Shown here one piece after another: positions 20,172 through 29,784 of a stretch of DNA of 64,000 nt. The translations under genes were made by a program, and so were the position numbers. The DNA is taken from positions 16,628-80,627 of the forward strand of contig DATIEP010000023.1 in NCBI GenBank assembly GCA_035455745.1, written 5' to 3'. This DNA is from Gemmatimonadaceae bacterium. GTDB taxonomy: Bacteria > Gemmatimonadota > Gemmatimonadetes > Gemmatimonadales > Gemmatimonadaceae. The notes beneath the pieces are model-generated. The model saw only the letters and a program-made list of their open reading frames with translations, had not been told where the DNA came from and did not search any database. The first letter of the stretch is position 1, and each line of letters opens with the position of its first letter.

Positions 20172-23100
20172 ATGCGCACCGACCAGTCGTCGCCACTCTA
20201 CTCCGCCAAGGATCTCCTCAATTTCCTCGGCTGCACCCACTCCACAGCTCTGGACCTCCTCGCCCTACAACACCTCGTTGCGCCGCCTTCCGACGAAGAT
20301 GATGCCTACCTCGATCTTCTGAAGAAAAAAGGCATCGATCACGAGCGCGCCTACCTCGAACAGCGCCGCGCCGAGGGACGGTCGCTGTGTGAAGTGCCGC
20401 GATTGGACTCGATTGATGCCATGGCTGCGGCAACCTCGGACGCCATGCGAACGGGCGTCGACCTCATCTATCAAGGCGCACTCGTCAGCCGGCCGTGGCA
20501 CGGCTATTCCGACTTCCTCCTCCGCGTCGACACGCCCTCCGCGCTCGGCGCCTACTCCTACGAGGTCGCCGACACCAAACTCGCACGCACCGCCAAGCCA
20601 AAGCACGTCCTTCAGCTCTGCCTCTATTCCCGACTCGTCGGCCTCGTTCAGGAGCTCATGCCCTCGACAGCACACGTGGTGCTCGGCGACGGCAGCACCT
20701 TCAGCTTCCGGCTGGAAGACTACGTCCACTATTGCGATGCGGCGTGCGAGCGGTTCCTAACGTTCGTTGGTGCTAACGAACGCGCCACGACGCCCGAGCC
20801 GTGCGCCCACTGTGACACCTGCCGCTGGTCGGATCGCTGTACGGCGCATTGGGAACATACCGATGACCTGACGCTCGTCGCGCGCATGAGCCGCCCCCTG
20901 GCAAGGAAGCTGCGCGCGGACGGCGTTGCCACGTTGACCCAGCTCGCCCGGTTGCCGACCGACCGCAGAATCGACGGAGTCCAACCGCGAACGCTCGAAA
21001 ACGTGCGCGAGCAGGCGCTCCTCCAACTCGGCAAGCGCCTAACGGGTGAAAACACGATCGAGGTGTTGCCGCTGCAGCCGCGCCGCGGATTCGCCCGCTT
21101 GCCGCCCCCGGACGACGGCGACCTGTTCTTCGACATGGAGGGCGATCCGCTCTACTCCGCCGACTCATCCCTGGAGTACCTCTTCGGATTCGCATACCTC
21201 GAGAACGGCAACACCCGATTCAAGGGATTCTGGGCGCTCGATCGCGCGGGCGAGAAGAAGGCGTTCGAGGATGCAGTGGACTTCATCGTCGACCGTCTAA
21301 CGCAGTACCCGAATGCGTACGTCTATCACTATGCGCAGTACGAGGAAACCGCGTTACGGCGCCTCGCTCGCCAGTACGGGAAGTCGAAGCGAGCACAGGA
21401 CGACGCGCTCAAGCGGCTCGCTCAACAACACGGCACGCGTGAAAACCAGGTCGACGACCTCCTCCGCAATCGCAAGCTCGTCGACTTGTACAAGGTCGTC
21501 CGCGAAGGCATTCGCGTCTCGGAGGACTCGTACTCCCTCAAGAACCTCGAAGTCTTCTTCGCGCCCGAGCGGACTCAGGACATTCAGGAAGGCAATGCCA
21601 GCATCGTTGCGTTCGAGCGCTGGTTGGCCCTCGGCGACGACAAGATCCTGGGTCAGATCGAGCAATACAACGAGTTCGATTGCAGATCCACGCGGCTGTG
21701 TCGTGACTGGTTGCTCCAATCACGTCCTGAGAATGTCGAGTGGTTCGATCCGGCAAAGGAGAAAGTCGCGGACGACGCCGAGCGCGAGCAAAAACGACGC
21801 GAGGATGACACGCGCATCGCGGATATTGCGGCGCGGCTGATCGCGTGCGCGGATGAAGACAAACCGTGGTGTGAGCTCCTGAGCCACCTCCTGGAATATC
21901 ACCGCCGAGAGGCGCGACGCGAATGGTGGGAGGTGTTCCGGCGCCTGGATCCTGGAATGTCACATGACGACTTTGTCGAGGACGCTGACTGCATCGGCTG
22001 CCTAACGCCGCACGCGAGTATCCAGCCGCGGCCGGAGAAGAAGTCGCGAATTCATACCCTCACGTTTCCTGAGCAGGAGATCAAGCTCGAGGAGGGCGAC
22101 GCCGTTCGGGCCGACACCAGAGAGCAATTGAAAATCGTGAAGCTCGATCGCGACGCTCGCATCCTCGAACTCAAGATCGGTCCTACTCGCAAGCCGTTGG
22201 CGGACGTCATCTCACTCATTCCGTCCGGCCCGGTCAACGACACGATTCAAAGAACGGCCATTGAGCGCGTCGCTGCGCGGGTACTCGACGGCAACGCCGA
22301 TCGCTATGCGGCGGTCGTGAGCATTCTGCGCCGAGATGTCCCGATTCTGGATGGTGGCGTCATTCTCGCGGATGCATCGCCCGACAACCTCCTCGCCGGA
22401 ACCATCGACGCAATCTGCCGAATGAGGAGCACGCACCTTGTCATTCAAGGGCCGCCAGGTACGGGGAAGACGTTTACCTCGGCGCACGCAATTGTCGCAC
22501 TGCTGAGAGCCGGCAAACGCGTTGGTGTAGCATCGTTCACGCATAAAGCGATCAACAATCTGCTGACAAAGATCGAAACGGTCGCCACCGAGCAGCAGGT
22601 CGTCTTTGCCGGCATCAAGAAGAACAGCCAGGCTGATCACGAGCACACGGGAAAGTATATCGTCAACACGGATGACAATGACGATGTGCGAGACACGACG
22701 TACCGGCTCGTCGCGGGCACTGCGTGGCTTTTTGCGCGCGGAGAGCTCGATCAGGAGTTCGACTACCTGTTTGTCGAAGAAGCTGGGCAGGTCAGTCTCG
22801 CGAGTGTCGTCGCGATGGGAACGAGCGCGCAGAACATCGTGCTCGTTGGCGATCAGATGCAGTTGTCGCAGCCGGTGAAGGGTACGCATCCCGGCGGAAG
22901 CGGAGCGTCAGGATTGGAGTATCTCATGAATGGTGCCGCGACCGTCCCGCCCGATCGAGGCATTCTGCTCTCGCGCACCTGGCGGATGCATCCCGACCTG
23001 TGCGCCTTCATCTCCAGCGCGTACTACGACGGTCGCCTAACGCCAGATGCATCCACCGCTCGGCAAAAGCTGGTTCTCCGTGGCGACGTCGACGGCGCTC

Positions 23101-23621
23101 TCGGTGAGTCGGGACTTCGCTTCGTGCCGGTCGATCATACCGCGTGCTCGCAACGGAGCGACGAAGAAGTCGCCCGCGTGAACGAGCTCTACGGCGCGCT
23201 GCTTGGACAGCAATGGATCGACCAACATGGACAGTTGGGCGTCATCGGTCCCGCCGACATCCTCGTTGTGACGCCGTACAACATGCAGGTGCGCGCGCTG
23301 ATCGACGCCTTGCCACTCGGTGCGCGCGTTGGGACGGTAGACAAGTTCCAGGGGCAAGAGGCGGCCGCCGTCCTCATCTCAATGGCGTCGTCGGACGCCG
23401 AGCACGCGCCGCGCGGGATGACATTCTTGTTCTCGCGAAACCGGACGAACGTCGCCATCTCCAGGGGGCGCTGCTTGGCGAGCGTCGTGGCGTCGCCAAC
23501 ACTTCTCGCGGCGGCGTGCTCCACGGTTGAGCAGTTGCGCCTTGCGAACGGCTTGTGTTTTGTGCGCGCGTATGCCAAACAAGACGCACGTCCGGGGCGC
23601 AGACCCACATTGTCGTCATGA
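20172..23621 (+). CDS. RecB-like (PD-(D/E)xK, Cas4-type Cys cluster) nuclease + RNase H-like domain + SF1B (Upf1/DNA2-like) helicase fusion
   Basis: 1149-aa ORF. The N-terminus has YSDFLLRV...YEVADTKLA and CAHCDTCRWSDRC. LFFDMEGDPL is an RNase H-like exonuclease motif. Helicase motifs are QGPPGTGKTF (I), LFVEEAGQ (II), VLVGDQMQLSQP (III), TVDKFQGQEA (V) and NRTNVAISRGR (VI). The architecture matches the TM0106-type RecB-like nuclease family. Confidence 0.85.
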   Translation: MRTDQSSPLYSAKDLLNFLGCTHSTALDLLALQHLVAPPSDEDDAYLDLLKKKGIDHERAYLEQRRAEGRSLCEVPRLDSIDAMAAATSDAMRTGVDLIYQGALVSRPWHGYSDFLLRVDTPSALGAYSYEVADTKLARTAKPKHVLQLCLYSRLVGLVQELMPSTAHVVLGDGSTFSFRLEDYVHYCDAACERFLTFVGANERATTPEPCAHCDTCRWSDRCTAHWEHTDDLTLVARMSRPLARKLRADGVATLTQLARLPTDRRIDGVQPRTLENVREQALLQLGKRLTGENTIEVLPLQPRRGFARLPPPDDGDLFFDMEGDPLYSADSSLEYLFGFAYLENGNTRFKGFWALDRAGEKKAFEDAVDFIVDRLTQYPNAYVYHYAQYEETALRRLARQYGKSKRAQDDALKRLAQQHGTRENQVDDLLRNRKLVDLYKVVREGIRVSEDSYSLKNLEVFFAPERTQDIQEGNASIVAFERWLALGDDKILGQIEQYNEFDCRSTRLCRDWLLQSRPENVEWFDPAKEKVADDAEREQKRREDDTRIADIAARLIACADEDKPWCELLSHLLEYHRREARREWWEVFRRLDPGMSHDDFVEDADCIGCLTPHASIQPRPEKKSRIHTLTFPEQEIKLEEGDAVRADTREQLKIVKLDRDARILELKIGPTRKPLADVISLIPSGPVNDTIQRTAIERVAARVLDGNADRYAAVVSILRRDVPILDGGVILADASPDNLLAGTIDAICRMRSTHLVIQGPPGTGKTFTSAHAIVALLRAGKRVGVASFTHKAINNLLTKIETVATEQQVVFAGIKKNSQADHEHTGKYIVNTDDNDDVRDTTYRLVAGTAWLFARGELDQEFDYLFVEEAGQVSLASVVAMGTSAQNIVLVGDQMQLSQPVKGTHPGGSGASGLEYLMNGAATVPPDRGILLSRTWRMHPDLCAFISSAYYDGRLTPDASTARQKLVLRGDVDGALGESGLRFVPVDHTACSQRSDEEVARVNELYGALLGQQWIDQHGQLGVIGPADILVVTPYNMQVRALIDALPLGARVGTVDKFQGQEAAAVLISMASSDAEHAPRGMTFLFSRNRTNVAISRGRCLASVVASPTLLAAACSTVEQLRLANGLCFVRAYAKQDARPGRRPTLSS

Positions 23622-23674
23622 CTCGACCCCTCAAAGAAGAAATGGCGGCGCGGTTCCGGTTCCTCCTCGGCGTC
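23448..23674 (+). repeat. Intact master copy of the junction duplicated at 18687-19063
   Basis: Spans the helicase 3' end, the ATGA overlap and the first 19 codons of the membrane-protein gene. Confidence 0.8.
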
Positions 23675-24229
23675 ACCCGGTCCGAGGACATCGGCAAGGG
23701 AATCGCCCGCTTCGTGGCCTTTCTCGTCGGATTCTTCGGCCCCTTGCTGGCGTTTCTCGAGGTGGGCCCCCACTTCGTTCTCCTGGACGAGCGCATCTAC
23801 TACAGGCTGGCCTACGGCCTGCTTGCGTGCACCGCGCTCTCGTTCGCCGTCGGGCCCCTCAACAGAATGTTCCGTCCGTATTCGGTCGGGGTGAGCGTCC
23901 TGGCGCGCTTCGGGTTCTCCATACCAGTGGTGTCAGGGCTCTTCACCGCGGCGCTGCTCGTGAACTCGATGGGCCAGCCGTCGGTGCGCGACCGGGATCT
24001 TGCCTGTCTGGCCAAACGTGCCACGTACGGACGCCAACGCATCTACTACGTCCGGGTCCGGCCCTGGGAAGGCTCGGACCGCGCGGTGGAGGTGAGCGTG
24101 CCGCCAGCGGTCTTTGCCGGCACCTGCCCCGGGGGCGACGTGCGGATCACGACCGCGACCGGACCTCTGGGGGTCGAGTGGATCCAGCAGATCGGCGTGC
24201 TGCCGCTGCCGTCTGGAAGCCAGCCGTGA
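23618..24229 (+). CDS. Membrane protein of unknown function, translationally coupled to the helicase
   Basis: The ATG at 23618 overlaps the helicase TGA (ATGA). MTRPLKEEMAARFRFLLGV is followed by 3-4 hydrophobic helices and a soluble beta-rich C-terminus. Confidence 0.65.
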   Translation: MTRPLKEEMAARFRFLLGVTRSEDIGKGIARFVAFLVGFFGPLLAFLEVGPHFVLLDERIYYRLAYGLLACTALSFAVGPLNRMFRPYSVGVSVLARFGFSIPVVSGLFTAALLVNSMGQPSVRDRDLACLAKRATYGRQRIYYVRVRPWEGSDRAVEVSVPPAVFAGTCPGGDVRITTATGPLGVEWIQQIGVLPLPSGSQP

Positions 24230-24361
24230 GACCCTGATCGTCCCTCCCGTCACGGTACTTCGACTTCGTTCACGCCGTCGATGCCCCGCGGGTAGTGCCG
24301 CGGAACCGAACTGGTCAGGTCCGGTACTAATACCTCGACAATCTTCCACGGTAAGGCTGGT

Positions 24362-24769
24362 ATGCAAATCCGTCGTCTGATGCTGGCGATGTCTCTGGTT
24401 TCGGTCGCGGCGTGCTCGAGCAGCGACCTTACCAATCCCAACACCATCGCCGCCGATCTCCGCGGCATGTGGAGCCAGACATCGTTAGGCGTGGGATCCT
24501 CGAGGATCTTCGTCCTGCAGGTCACCGGTACCACGGTGACGGGCGCCGGCTCGTACTCGGGCGAAGCGGGTCCGGCGGGCAGCCTGACGGTAACGGGCTC
24601 AATCGCCGGCTCGCGCATCGCGCTGGATATCGTCCAGGACGACGACGTGACGCTTCACCTGAACGCGATGCTGTCGTCTTCCCGGGTGCTCACCGGATCG
24701 CTCGTCACTGCCAGCGACTCGACCGCGGCGACGTTCCAGAAGATCCAGCAAGATCCGCCGGGACCGTAA
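24362..24769 (+). CDS. Small lipoprotein, unknown function
   Basis: 135-aa ORF with signal plus lipobox (LVSVAAC-S). Pattern similar to 12873..13304. Confidence 0.6.
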   Translation: MQIRRLMLAMSLVSVAACSSSDLTNPNTIAADLRGMWSQTSLGVGSSRIFVLQVTGTTVTGAGSYSGEAGPAGSLTVTGSIAGSRIALDIVQDDDVTLHLNAMLSSSRVLTGSLVTASDSTAATFQKIQQDPPGP

Positions 24770-24833
24770 CGCGTCGGCGGTCTTTTCCCTGCTCTCGCTT
24801 CGCCTCCGGCTCGCCCAGGACGTCACTCGCACG

Positions 24834-25232
24834 TTAGGCGGCGCTCCGTCGGCGTGGACGCGAAACGGAAATGCGCATGCGCGCGCCGGCATGCGCGAGC
24901 ATGTTGACGAGCGTGTCGATCGTGAAGAGGTCAATCCGGCCGCGTGTCAGGTGACTCACGCGAGGCTGTGTGATCCCGAGAAGCGTCGCCGCCTCACGCT
25001 GCGGCAGGTCGCCGATGACGCGCCGAAGCTCGGTCATCAGCAATGACCGCATCTTGAGATTCTCGGCTTCTTCCGGCGCGAATCCGAGGTCAGCGAAGAT
25101 GTTTCCGCCCGCATTCGTGACATGAGACGTGGTCGGAAGGGATCTGTGCGCTGGCTGGCCTGCGCGCCGCCGCCGTGTTGGCTGCTTCGACATCGCCTTG
25201 GCGTACTTCTTCCTGCTCCGAGCTGTTGTCAT
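24834..25232 (-). CDS. XRE-family HTH antitoxin (HigA-like)
   Basis: The C-terminal HTH is QREAATLLGITQPRVSHLTRGRIDLFTIDTLVNML. The ATG overlaps the toxin stop (ATGA at 25229-25232). The stop TAA lies inside GCCTAAC. Confidence 0.75.
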   Translation of the reverse strand: MTTARSRKKYAKAMSKQPTRRRRAGQPAHRSLPTTSHVTNAGGNIFADLGFAPEEAENLKMRSLLMTELRRVIGDLPQREAATLLGITQPRVSHLTRGRIDLFTIDTLVNMLAHAGARMRISVSRPRRRSAA

Positions 25233-25594
25233 CGCCTATCCCTCTCAGCGATCAGATCGCGGTATCGACGTCTCGCAAGGTCGACGTCACTCTTAGCCGT
25301 CTTGCCCGATTTCTTCTCGAATGCGTGGAGCACGTAGATGGCTTCCTCAAACTTGTTGACGACAAAGACGCGATGTGCGGTTCCGCAGCGGATCCGGACC
25401 TCGATTGCCCCGGCACCGACGATTGACATCGGCTTCCAGTCATCAGCCTCTTCGCCTTGCTGAAGTCGTCCAAGCTGAAATCCAGCCAGACGACGGGCAT
25501 CGACTGGGAATGCACAGAGATCGACGTATGAGGTGGCTCTCCACTCAATCGGCTTCTCTGTTGGATCCGAAGGGTCACGGGTCCGGCGACGCAT
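25229..25594 (-). CDS. RelE/ParE-superfamily toxin (phage Gp49/HigB-like)
   Basis: 121-aa ORF containing IEVRIRCGTAHRVFVVNKFEEAIYVLHAFEKKSGKT, typical of Gp49-like toxins. The toxin-first gene order is as in higBA. Confidence 0.7.
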   Translation of the reverse strand: MRRRTRDPSDPTEKPIEWRATSYVDLCAFPVDARRLAGFQLGRLQQGEEADDWKPMSIVGAGAIEVRIRCGTAHRVFVVNKFEEAIYVLHAFEKKSGKTAKSDVDLARRRYRDLIAERDRR

Positions 25595-25972
25595 GAAATA
25601 TTAAACTCTGGTATAGCCTGCACAAGAGCCATCCGCCGTGCCTTACCGAGGTGGGGAGCGGTAGGCCGCCGAGGCTAGAGGTCAGGCGCTCTAGGAAGGG
25701 TCCGGAGACCCGGAGGTTGCCGGCATGATGCGGCGCGGCTCGCGGAAATGCGGTACCAAAATCATGCGGCGGGCAGGGGCTCGATCCCACGGGATTGATA
25801 GCGCGAACCGATGAGGCCAAGCCCTTGCGTGCATCTATGGATGCGGGACCGTACGCCGGCACGAAGCGCAAGGGCGCGATCATCACCTTCCACTCCGTCG
25901 GCCGATCCCATAGACTTGACAAGGAAGCGGGTTGCGCGCATTCTTGCGACGCGCCTGCCCAAGGGATGAGCC

Positions 25973-26323
25973 ATGCCGACCGCCCGCGATCCTGGTGACC
26001 TGCTGCAAGGCACCCTCCGCATCCTGATCCTCAAGTCGCTCCTGTTAGGCCGAGCACACGGCTACGCCATCTCGCGTTGGATCGAGGACACCACCGGCGA
26101 CGTGCTGCGCATCGAAGAAGGCTCGCTCTATCCGGCCCTCCGCCGGCTGCAAGACCGCGGCCTCGTCACCTCGGAGTGGGGACTCTCCGAGAACAATCGC
26201 CGCGCGCGCTACTACACCATCACGCGCGCCGGACGCGCGGTCCTCCGCACCGAAGCGTCGATCTGGCTCGAATACTCCCACGCCGTGACGCGCGTGCTGC
26301 GCGCGGAGCCGTCACTGGCATGA
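25973..26323 (+). CDS. PadR family transcriptional regulator
   Basis: [23 protein letters not shown]...[23 protein letters not shown]...[12 protein letters not shown]. Confidence 0.9.
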   Translation: MPTARDPGDLLQGTLRILILKSLLLGRAHGYAISRWIEDTTGDVLRIEEGSLYPALRRLQDRGLVTSEWGLSENNRRARYYTITRAGRAVLRTEASIWLEYSHAVTRVLRAEPSLA

Positions 26324-28995
26324 GCGACGATCGCGCGCCGCGCTGGCGGCGCTATCTCGGTCTCGTGCGCCGGAACGTGCCGGCCGACGTCGATGACGAA
26401 TTGTCGTTCCACATCCAGTCGCGCGTCGAGCGCAACCTGGCGCTCGGGATGTCGCCGCACGAGGCGCGCCGCGACGCCATCGCGCGATTCGGCGACGTGG
26501 CCCTCGTTCGGTCGGCGCTCGTTAGGCACGACGAGCGAGAGCAGGCCGCGGAGCGCCGGGCTGAATACGTTGCCGACTTTGCGCAGGACCTGCGCATCGG
26601 CTGGCGGGCCCTGCGCCGCACGCCGGCCTTCACCATCACGGCCGCGCTCACGCTCGCACTCGGCATCGGCGCCAACACGGCGATCTTCTCGGTGCTCGAC
26701 GCGGTCGTGCTCCAACCGTTGCCTTACGCGCACCCGGATCGCCTCGTCACCCTGGGCCGGGGTTCGTCCGGCGAGTACCTCGCCCTCCGCGACCGGCTGC
26801 GCACGATCAGCGATCTCGCCGAGTGGGATGCGACCACGGATCCGGTTGACGATGGGCGCGATGCGCTCCGCATGACCGGCGTGGCCGTCACCCCGAATCT
26901 CCTGCCGCTGCTCGGCGCCCGGCCCATGCTCGGCCGAGGGTTTACGCCTAACGACGGCGCGGTGGGCGGCGGACACGTGCTGCTGCTGAGCTACGTCACC
27001 TGGCGCCGCGAGTTCGGCGGCGCGCGCGATGTGGTCGGACGCACCGTCAGGCTCGAGGGCTTGCCCTACGCGATCATCGGCGTAATGCCGCCCACCTTCC
27101 GATATCCGGACGCCGGCGTCCAGTACTGGATGCCGTACGTGATCGATACCAGGAATACCGGGCTCCTGTGGGGCGTGGGCGGCAAGACCTTCGTCGGCCG
27201 CCTCGCGCCTAACGCCACGCTCGCCCAGGCGCGGCGGGAGGTGCGCACGGCGTGGCCGTCGCTGCGGACGGCCAACCCGATCTGGGATCCGGGACCGGAA
27301 TACGGCCGCTTCGCGACCGTCACGCCGCTCAAGGCGGACCTCGTGGCGGCGAGCGCGCCGCTGCTCTGGATGCTCTTCGGCGCGACGGTGCTGGTGCTGC
27401 TCATCGCGTGCGTGAACGTGGCCAACCTGCTGCTGGCTCGCGCGACGGCGCGCGAGCGCGAGCTCGCCGTCCGTGCGGCGTTGGGCGGCGGCCGCGGCCG
27501 CCTCGTGCGCCAGCTCGTCACCGAAGGCCTGCTGTTGTCTGCGTTAGGCGCAGCGGTGGGCGTCGCCCTGGCCGGTGTGACGGTGCGTGCGCTCGCCGGC
27601 ACGGTGCCGGCGGCGCTGCCGCGCGGCAATATGATCTCGGTGCGCGGTACGGCGCTCCTGTTCGCGCTCGCGGTGACCGTCGCCACCGGTATCGTGTTCA
27701 GCGTGGTGCCCGCGATCCGCGCGACTGGCGTGGCGGCGCGGTCATCCGGCTCAATGCTCGGCCGGCGAGGATGGGGCTCGCGGTCGCACGCACGCGTTTC
27801 GGGCTGGCTCGTTGGCGGTGAGATCGCGCTGGCGGTGGTGCTGGTGGCCGCAGCGCTGCTCCTGGTAAGGAGCTTCGACGCACTGCGGTCGATTGCGCCC
27901 GGGTTCGATCCGGCGCACGTGGTGGCGGCCCGCATCTCGGCGCCGGCGGCCACGTATGCGCCGGGCAGTGCGCGCCTGGCGAGTTTCTATACCGATGTCC
28001 TGGACCGCACGCGCGCCATGCCCGGCGTCGAGAGCGCTGCGTTAGTCAATCAGCTCTCGCTGGCCGAGCCCGTTTGGGCGCAGGCCATCCGCGTCGAGGG
28101 GCAATTCGAGAACGTCAAGCACACGCTGCCCATGGTCGATCACTTTCAAACGGTCACGCCCGGCTACTTTGCCGCCATGGGCATCCCGGTGCTGCGCGGC
28201 CGGCCGTTCACGGACGACGATCGCGCCGGGCAGCCGCTGGTGGCCGTGGTCAGCCAGAGTGTCGCCAGACGGTTCTGGCCTAACGGCGACGCCATCGGCC
28301 GGCGCATCGGGTACCCGTTCGACAGCCCGTGGATCACCGTCGTGGGCGTCGTACCCGATACCAAGCAGGACAGCCTGCGCGACACCTCCACCACGTCGAT
28401 CTACATGCCGTGGGCACAGCGCACCAACATGGTGAGCACCGAGCTCTGGCTCGTCACGCGCACGCGCGTTGAACCCGGCAGCGCCGGCGCCGCCATTCGC
28501 CGGATCGTGCACGAGATCGATCGCGGCGTGCCGGTGAGCGATGTGAGAACGATGGATGACGTGGTCTCGCGGTCGGTGGTCGGAGCTCGGTTCACGGCCG
28601 CGCTGGTGGCGGTGTTCGCGTTAGTCGCGCTCGCCCTGGGCGCCGTCGGCATTTTCGGTATGATGTCGTACGTCGTCACCGAGCGCCGTCACGAAATGGG
28701 TTTGCGCATGGCGCTCGGCGCCTCGGCGAACGGCATCGTGAAGCTCATCATGGGGCGTGCCCTGCGGCTCGTCGCGATCGGAACCGTGGCGGGACTCGCC
28801 TGCGCGATCGTCGCGATGCAACCGCTCAGCCACTGGCTCTATGGCGTCTCGCCGACCGACCCGGTGACCTTGGCCGGCGTAGCGATTCTGTTCGGGTCGG
28901 TTGCATTGCTTGCGAGCTATCTCCCGGCGCGCCGTGCCGCGCGCGCCAGCCCGGCGGCGGTCATGCGCAATGCCGCCATCGGCAGCGGGCCGTGA
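26320..28995 (+). CDS. Duplicated orphan FtsX/MacB-type ABC permease (ADOP-type) with N-terminal prefix domain
   Basis: The ATG overlaps the PadR stop (ATGA). A prefix helix region ([16 protein letters not shown]) is followed by two modules of TM + periplasmic domain + 3 TM ([21 protein letters not shown], then a second FtsX domain ending [16 protein letters not shown]). There is no adjacent ATPase gene. Confidence 0.85.
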   Translation: MSDDRAPRWRRYLGLVRRNVPADVDDELSFHIQSRVERNLALGMSPHEARRDAIARFGDVALVRSALVRHDEREQAAERRAEYVADFAQDLRIGWRALRRTPAFTITAALTLALGIGANTAIFSVLDAVVLQPLPYAHPDRLVTLGRGSSGEYLALRDRLRTISDLAEWDATTDPVDDGRDALRMTGVAVTPNLLPLLGARPMLGRGFTPNDGAVGGGHVLLLSYVTWRREFGGARDVVGRTVRLEGLPYAIIGVMPPTFRYPDAGVQYWMPYVIDTRNTGLLWGVGGKTFVGRLAPNATLAQARREVRTAWPSLRTANPIWDPGPEYGRFATVTPLKADLVAASAPLLWMLFGATVLVLLIACVNVANLLLARATARERELAVRAALGGGRGRLVRQLVTEGLLLSALGAAVGVALAGVTVRALAGTVPAALPRGNMISVRGTALLFALAVTVATGIVFSVVPAIRATGVAARSSGSMLGRRGWGSRSHARVSGWLVGGEIALAVVLVAAALLLVRSFDALRSIAPGFDPAHVVAARISAPAATYAPGSARLASFYTDVLDRTRAMPGVESAALVNQLSLAEPVWAQAIRVEGQFENVKHTLPMVDHFQTVTPGYFAAMGIPVLRGRPFTDDDRAGQPLVAVVSQSVARRFWPNGDAIGRRIGYPFDSPWITVVGVVPDTKQDSLRDTSTTSIYMPWAQRTNMVSTELWLVTRTRVEPGSAGAAIRRIVHEIDRGVPVSDVRTMDDVVSRSVVGARFTAALVAVFALVALALGAVGIFGMMSYVVTERRHEMGLRMALGASANGIVKLIMGRALRLVAIGTVAGLACAIVAMQPLSHWLYGVSPTDPVTLAGVAILFGSVALLASYLPARRAARASPAAVMRNAAIGSGP

Positions 28996-29143
28996 ATGGC
29001 CAGGTCACGACCGAGTCGAGGAGCGAGGATCCATGTGGAGGATGGCGTCGCAACTGGCTTCGACAGCCGGGATCGGCCATTGGTTTGAAATCGGCGCGTT
29101 CGCGTGCACACACGAGGCGGGCTTCTTCGACAAAGGGTTCAAA

Positions 29144-29298
29144 GGATCAGAAAAGTGATGCGAGAGATGGGGAAGATTGCCGCGACGCGGCGGTGAGCGC
29201 ATCGCGCACGCGCGTGAAATCATCCAGGTGCGTGCGCCGGTGACTTTGGATGTTCACCGAGCCGATCTTCCCCATCTCTTGTATCACTTTTGTTATCC
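29144..29298. repeat. 155-bp element bounded by 27-34-nt terminal inverted repeats (MITE-like or large hairpin)
   Basis: aaaagtgatgcgagagatggggaagat (29151-29177) versus the reverse complement of atcttccccatctcttgtatcactttt (29265-29291) gives 25/27 matches. Weaker pairing extends to 29144/29298. The element has lower GC than its surroundings. Confidence 0.6.
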
Positions 29299-29427
29299 CT
29301 TCCACCAACTTCAGAGGAGATTGACCAGCCCGCCGCGCGGCCAACATCCCCGCGGTCCCGCACGGCCCTTGCGCCGCTGCGCGCTCGAATATATCGATAA
29401 TCGAGAGGTAACCACTCGTCTGTCGAT

Positions 29428-29775
29428 ATGTCGGAACCGGAGATGCCTCGCGACAAGACCGGCCTGCTGCACGGCTCGCTCGACCTGATCGTGCTCCGCA
29501 CGCTCAGCGTGCAGGCCATGCACGGCTACGCCATCACGCAGCACGTGGCGCGCCTCACCGACGGCGTGCTCACGGCCGACCCCGGCTCCCTCTACCCGGC
29601 GCTCGAACGCTTGAAGCGCAACGGATGGATCACCGCCAAATGGCAGCAGTCGCCGACCGGCCGCCGCGCTCGATATTACGCGATCACGCGCTCGGGCCTC
29701 AAGCAGCTCGGACGCGAGACCAATGAGTTCGAGCGGTTCGTCGACGCGATGCGCCGTGTGCTGCGCGCCACGTAG
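29428..29775 (+). CDS. PadR family transcriptional regulator
   Basis: LDLIVLRTLSVQAMHGYAITQHV...DPGSLYPALERLKRNGWITAKW...RRARYYAITRSG. Confidence 0.9.
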   Translation: MSEPEMPRDKTGLLHGSLDLIVLRTLSVQAMHGYAITQHVARLTDGVLTADPGSLYPALERLKRNGWITAKWQQSPTGRRARYYAITRSGLKQLGRETNEFERFVDAMRRVLRAT

Positions 29776-29784
29776 GAGCGATCG

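Noticed and set aside
25775-25795. A tRNA T-arm-like string (ggggctcgatccc) in the long spacer.
   Set aside because: No complementary stem, acceptor stem or anticodon arm could be built on either strand.
25916-25944. TTGACA-17 nt-cattct as the padR promoter.
   Set aside because: The -10 element is poor and the promoter consensus of this lineage is unknown. I kept it only as a remark in a finding.
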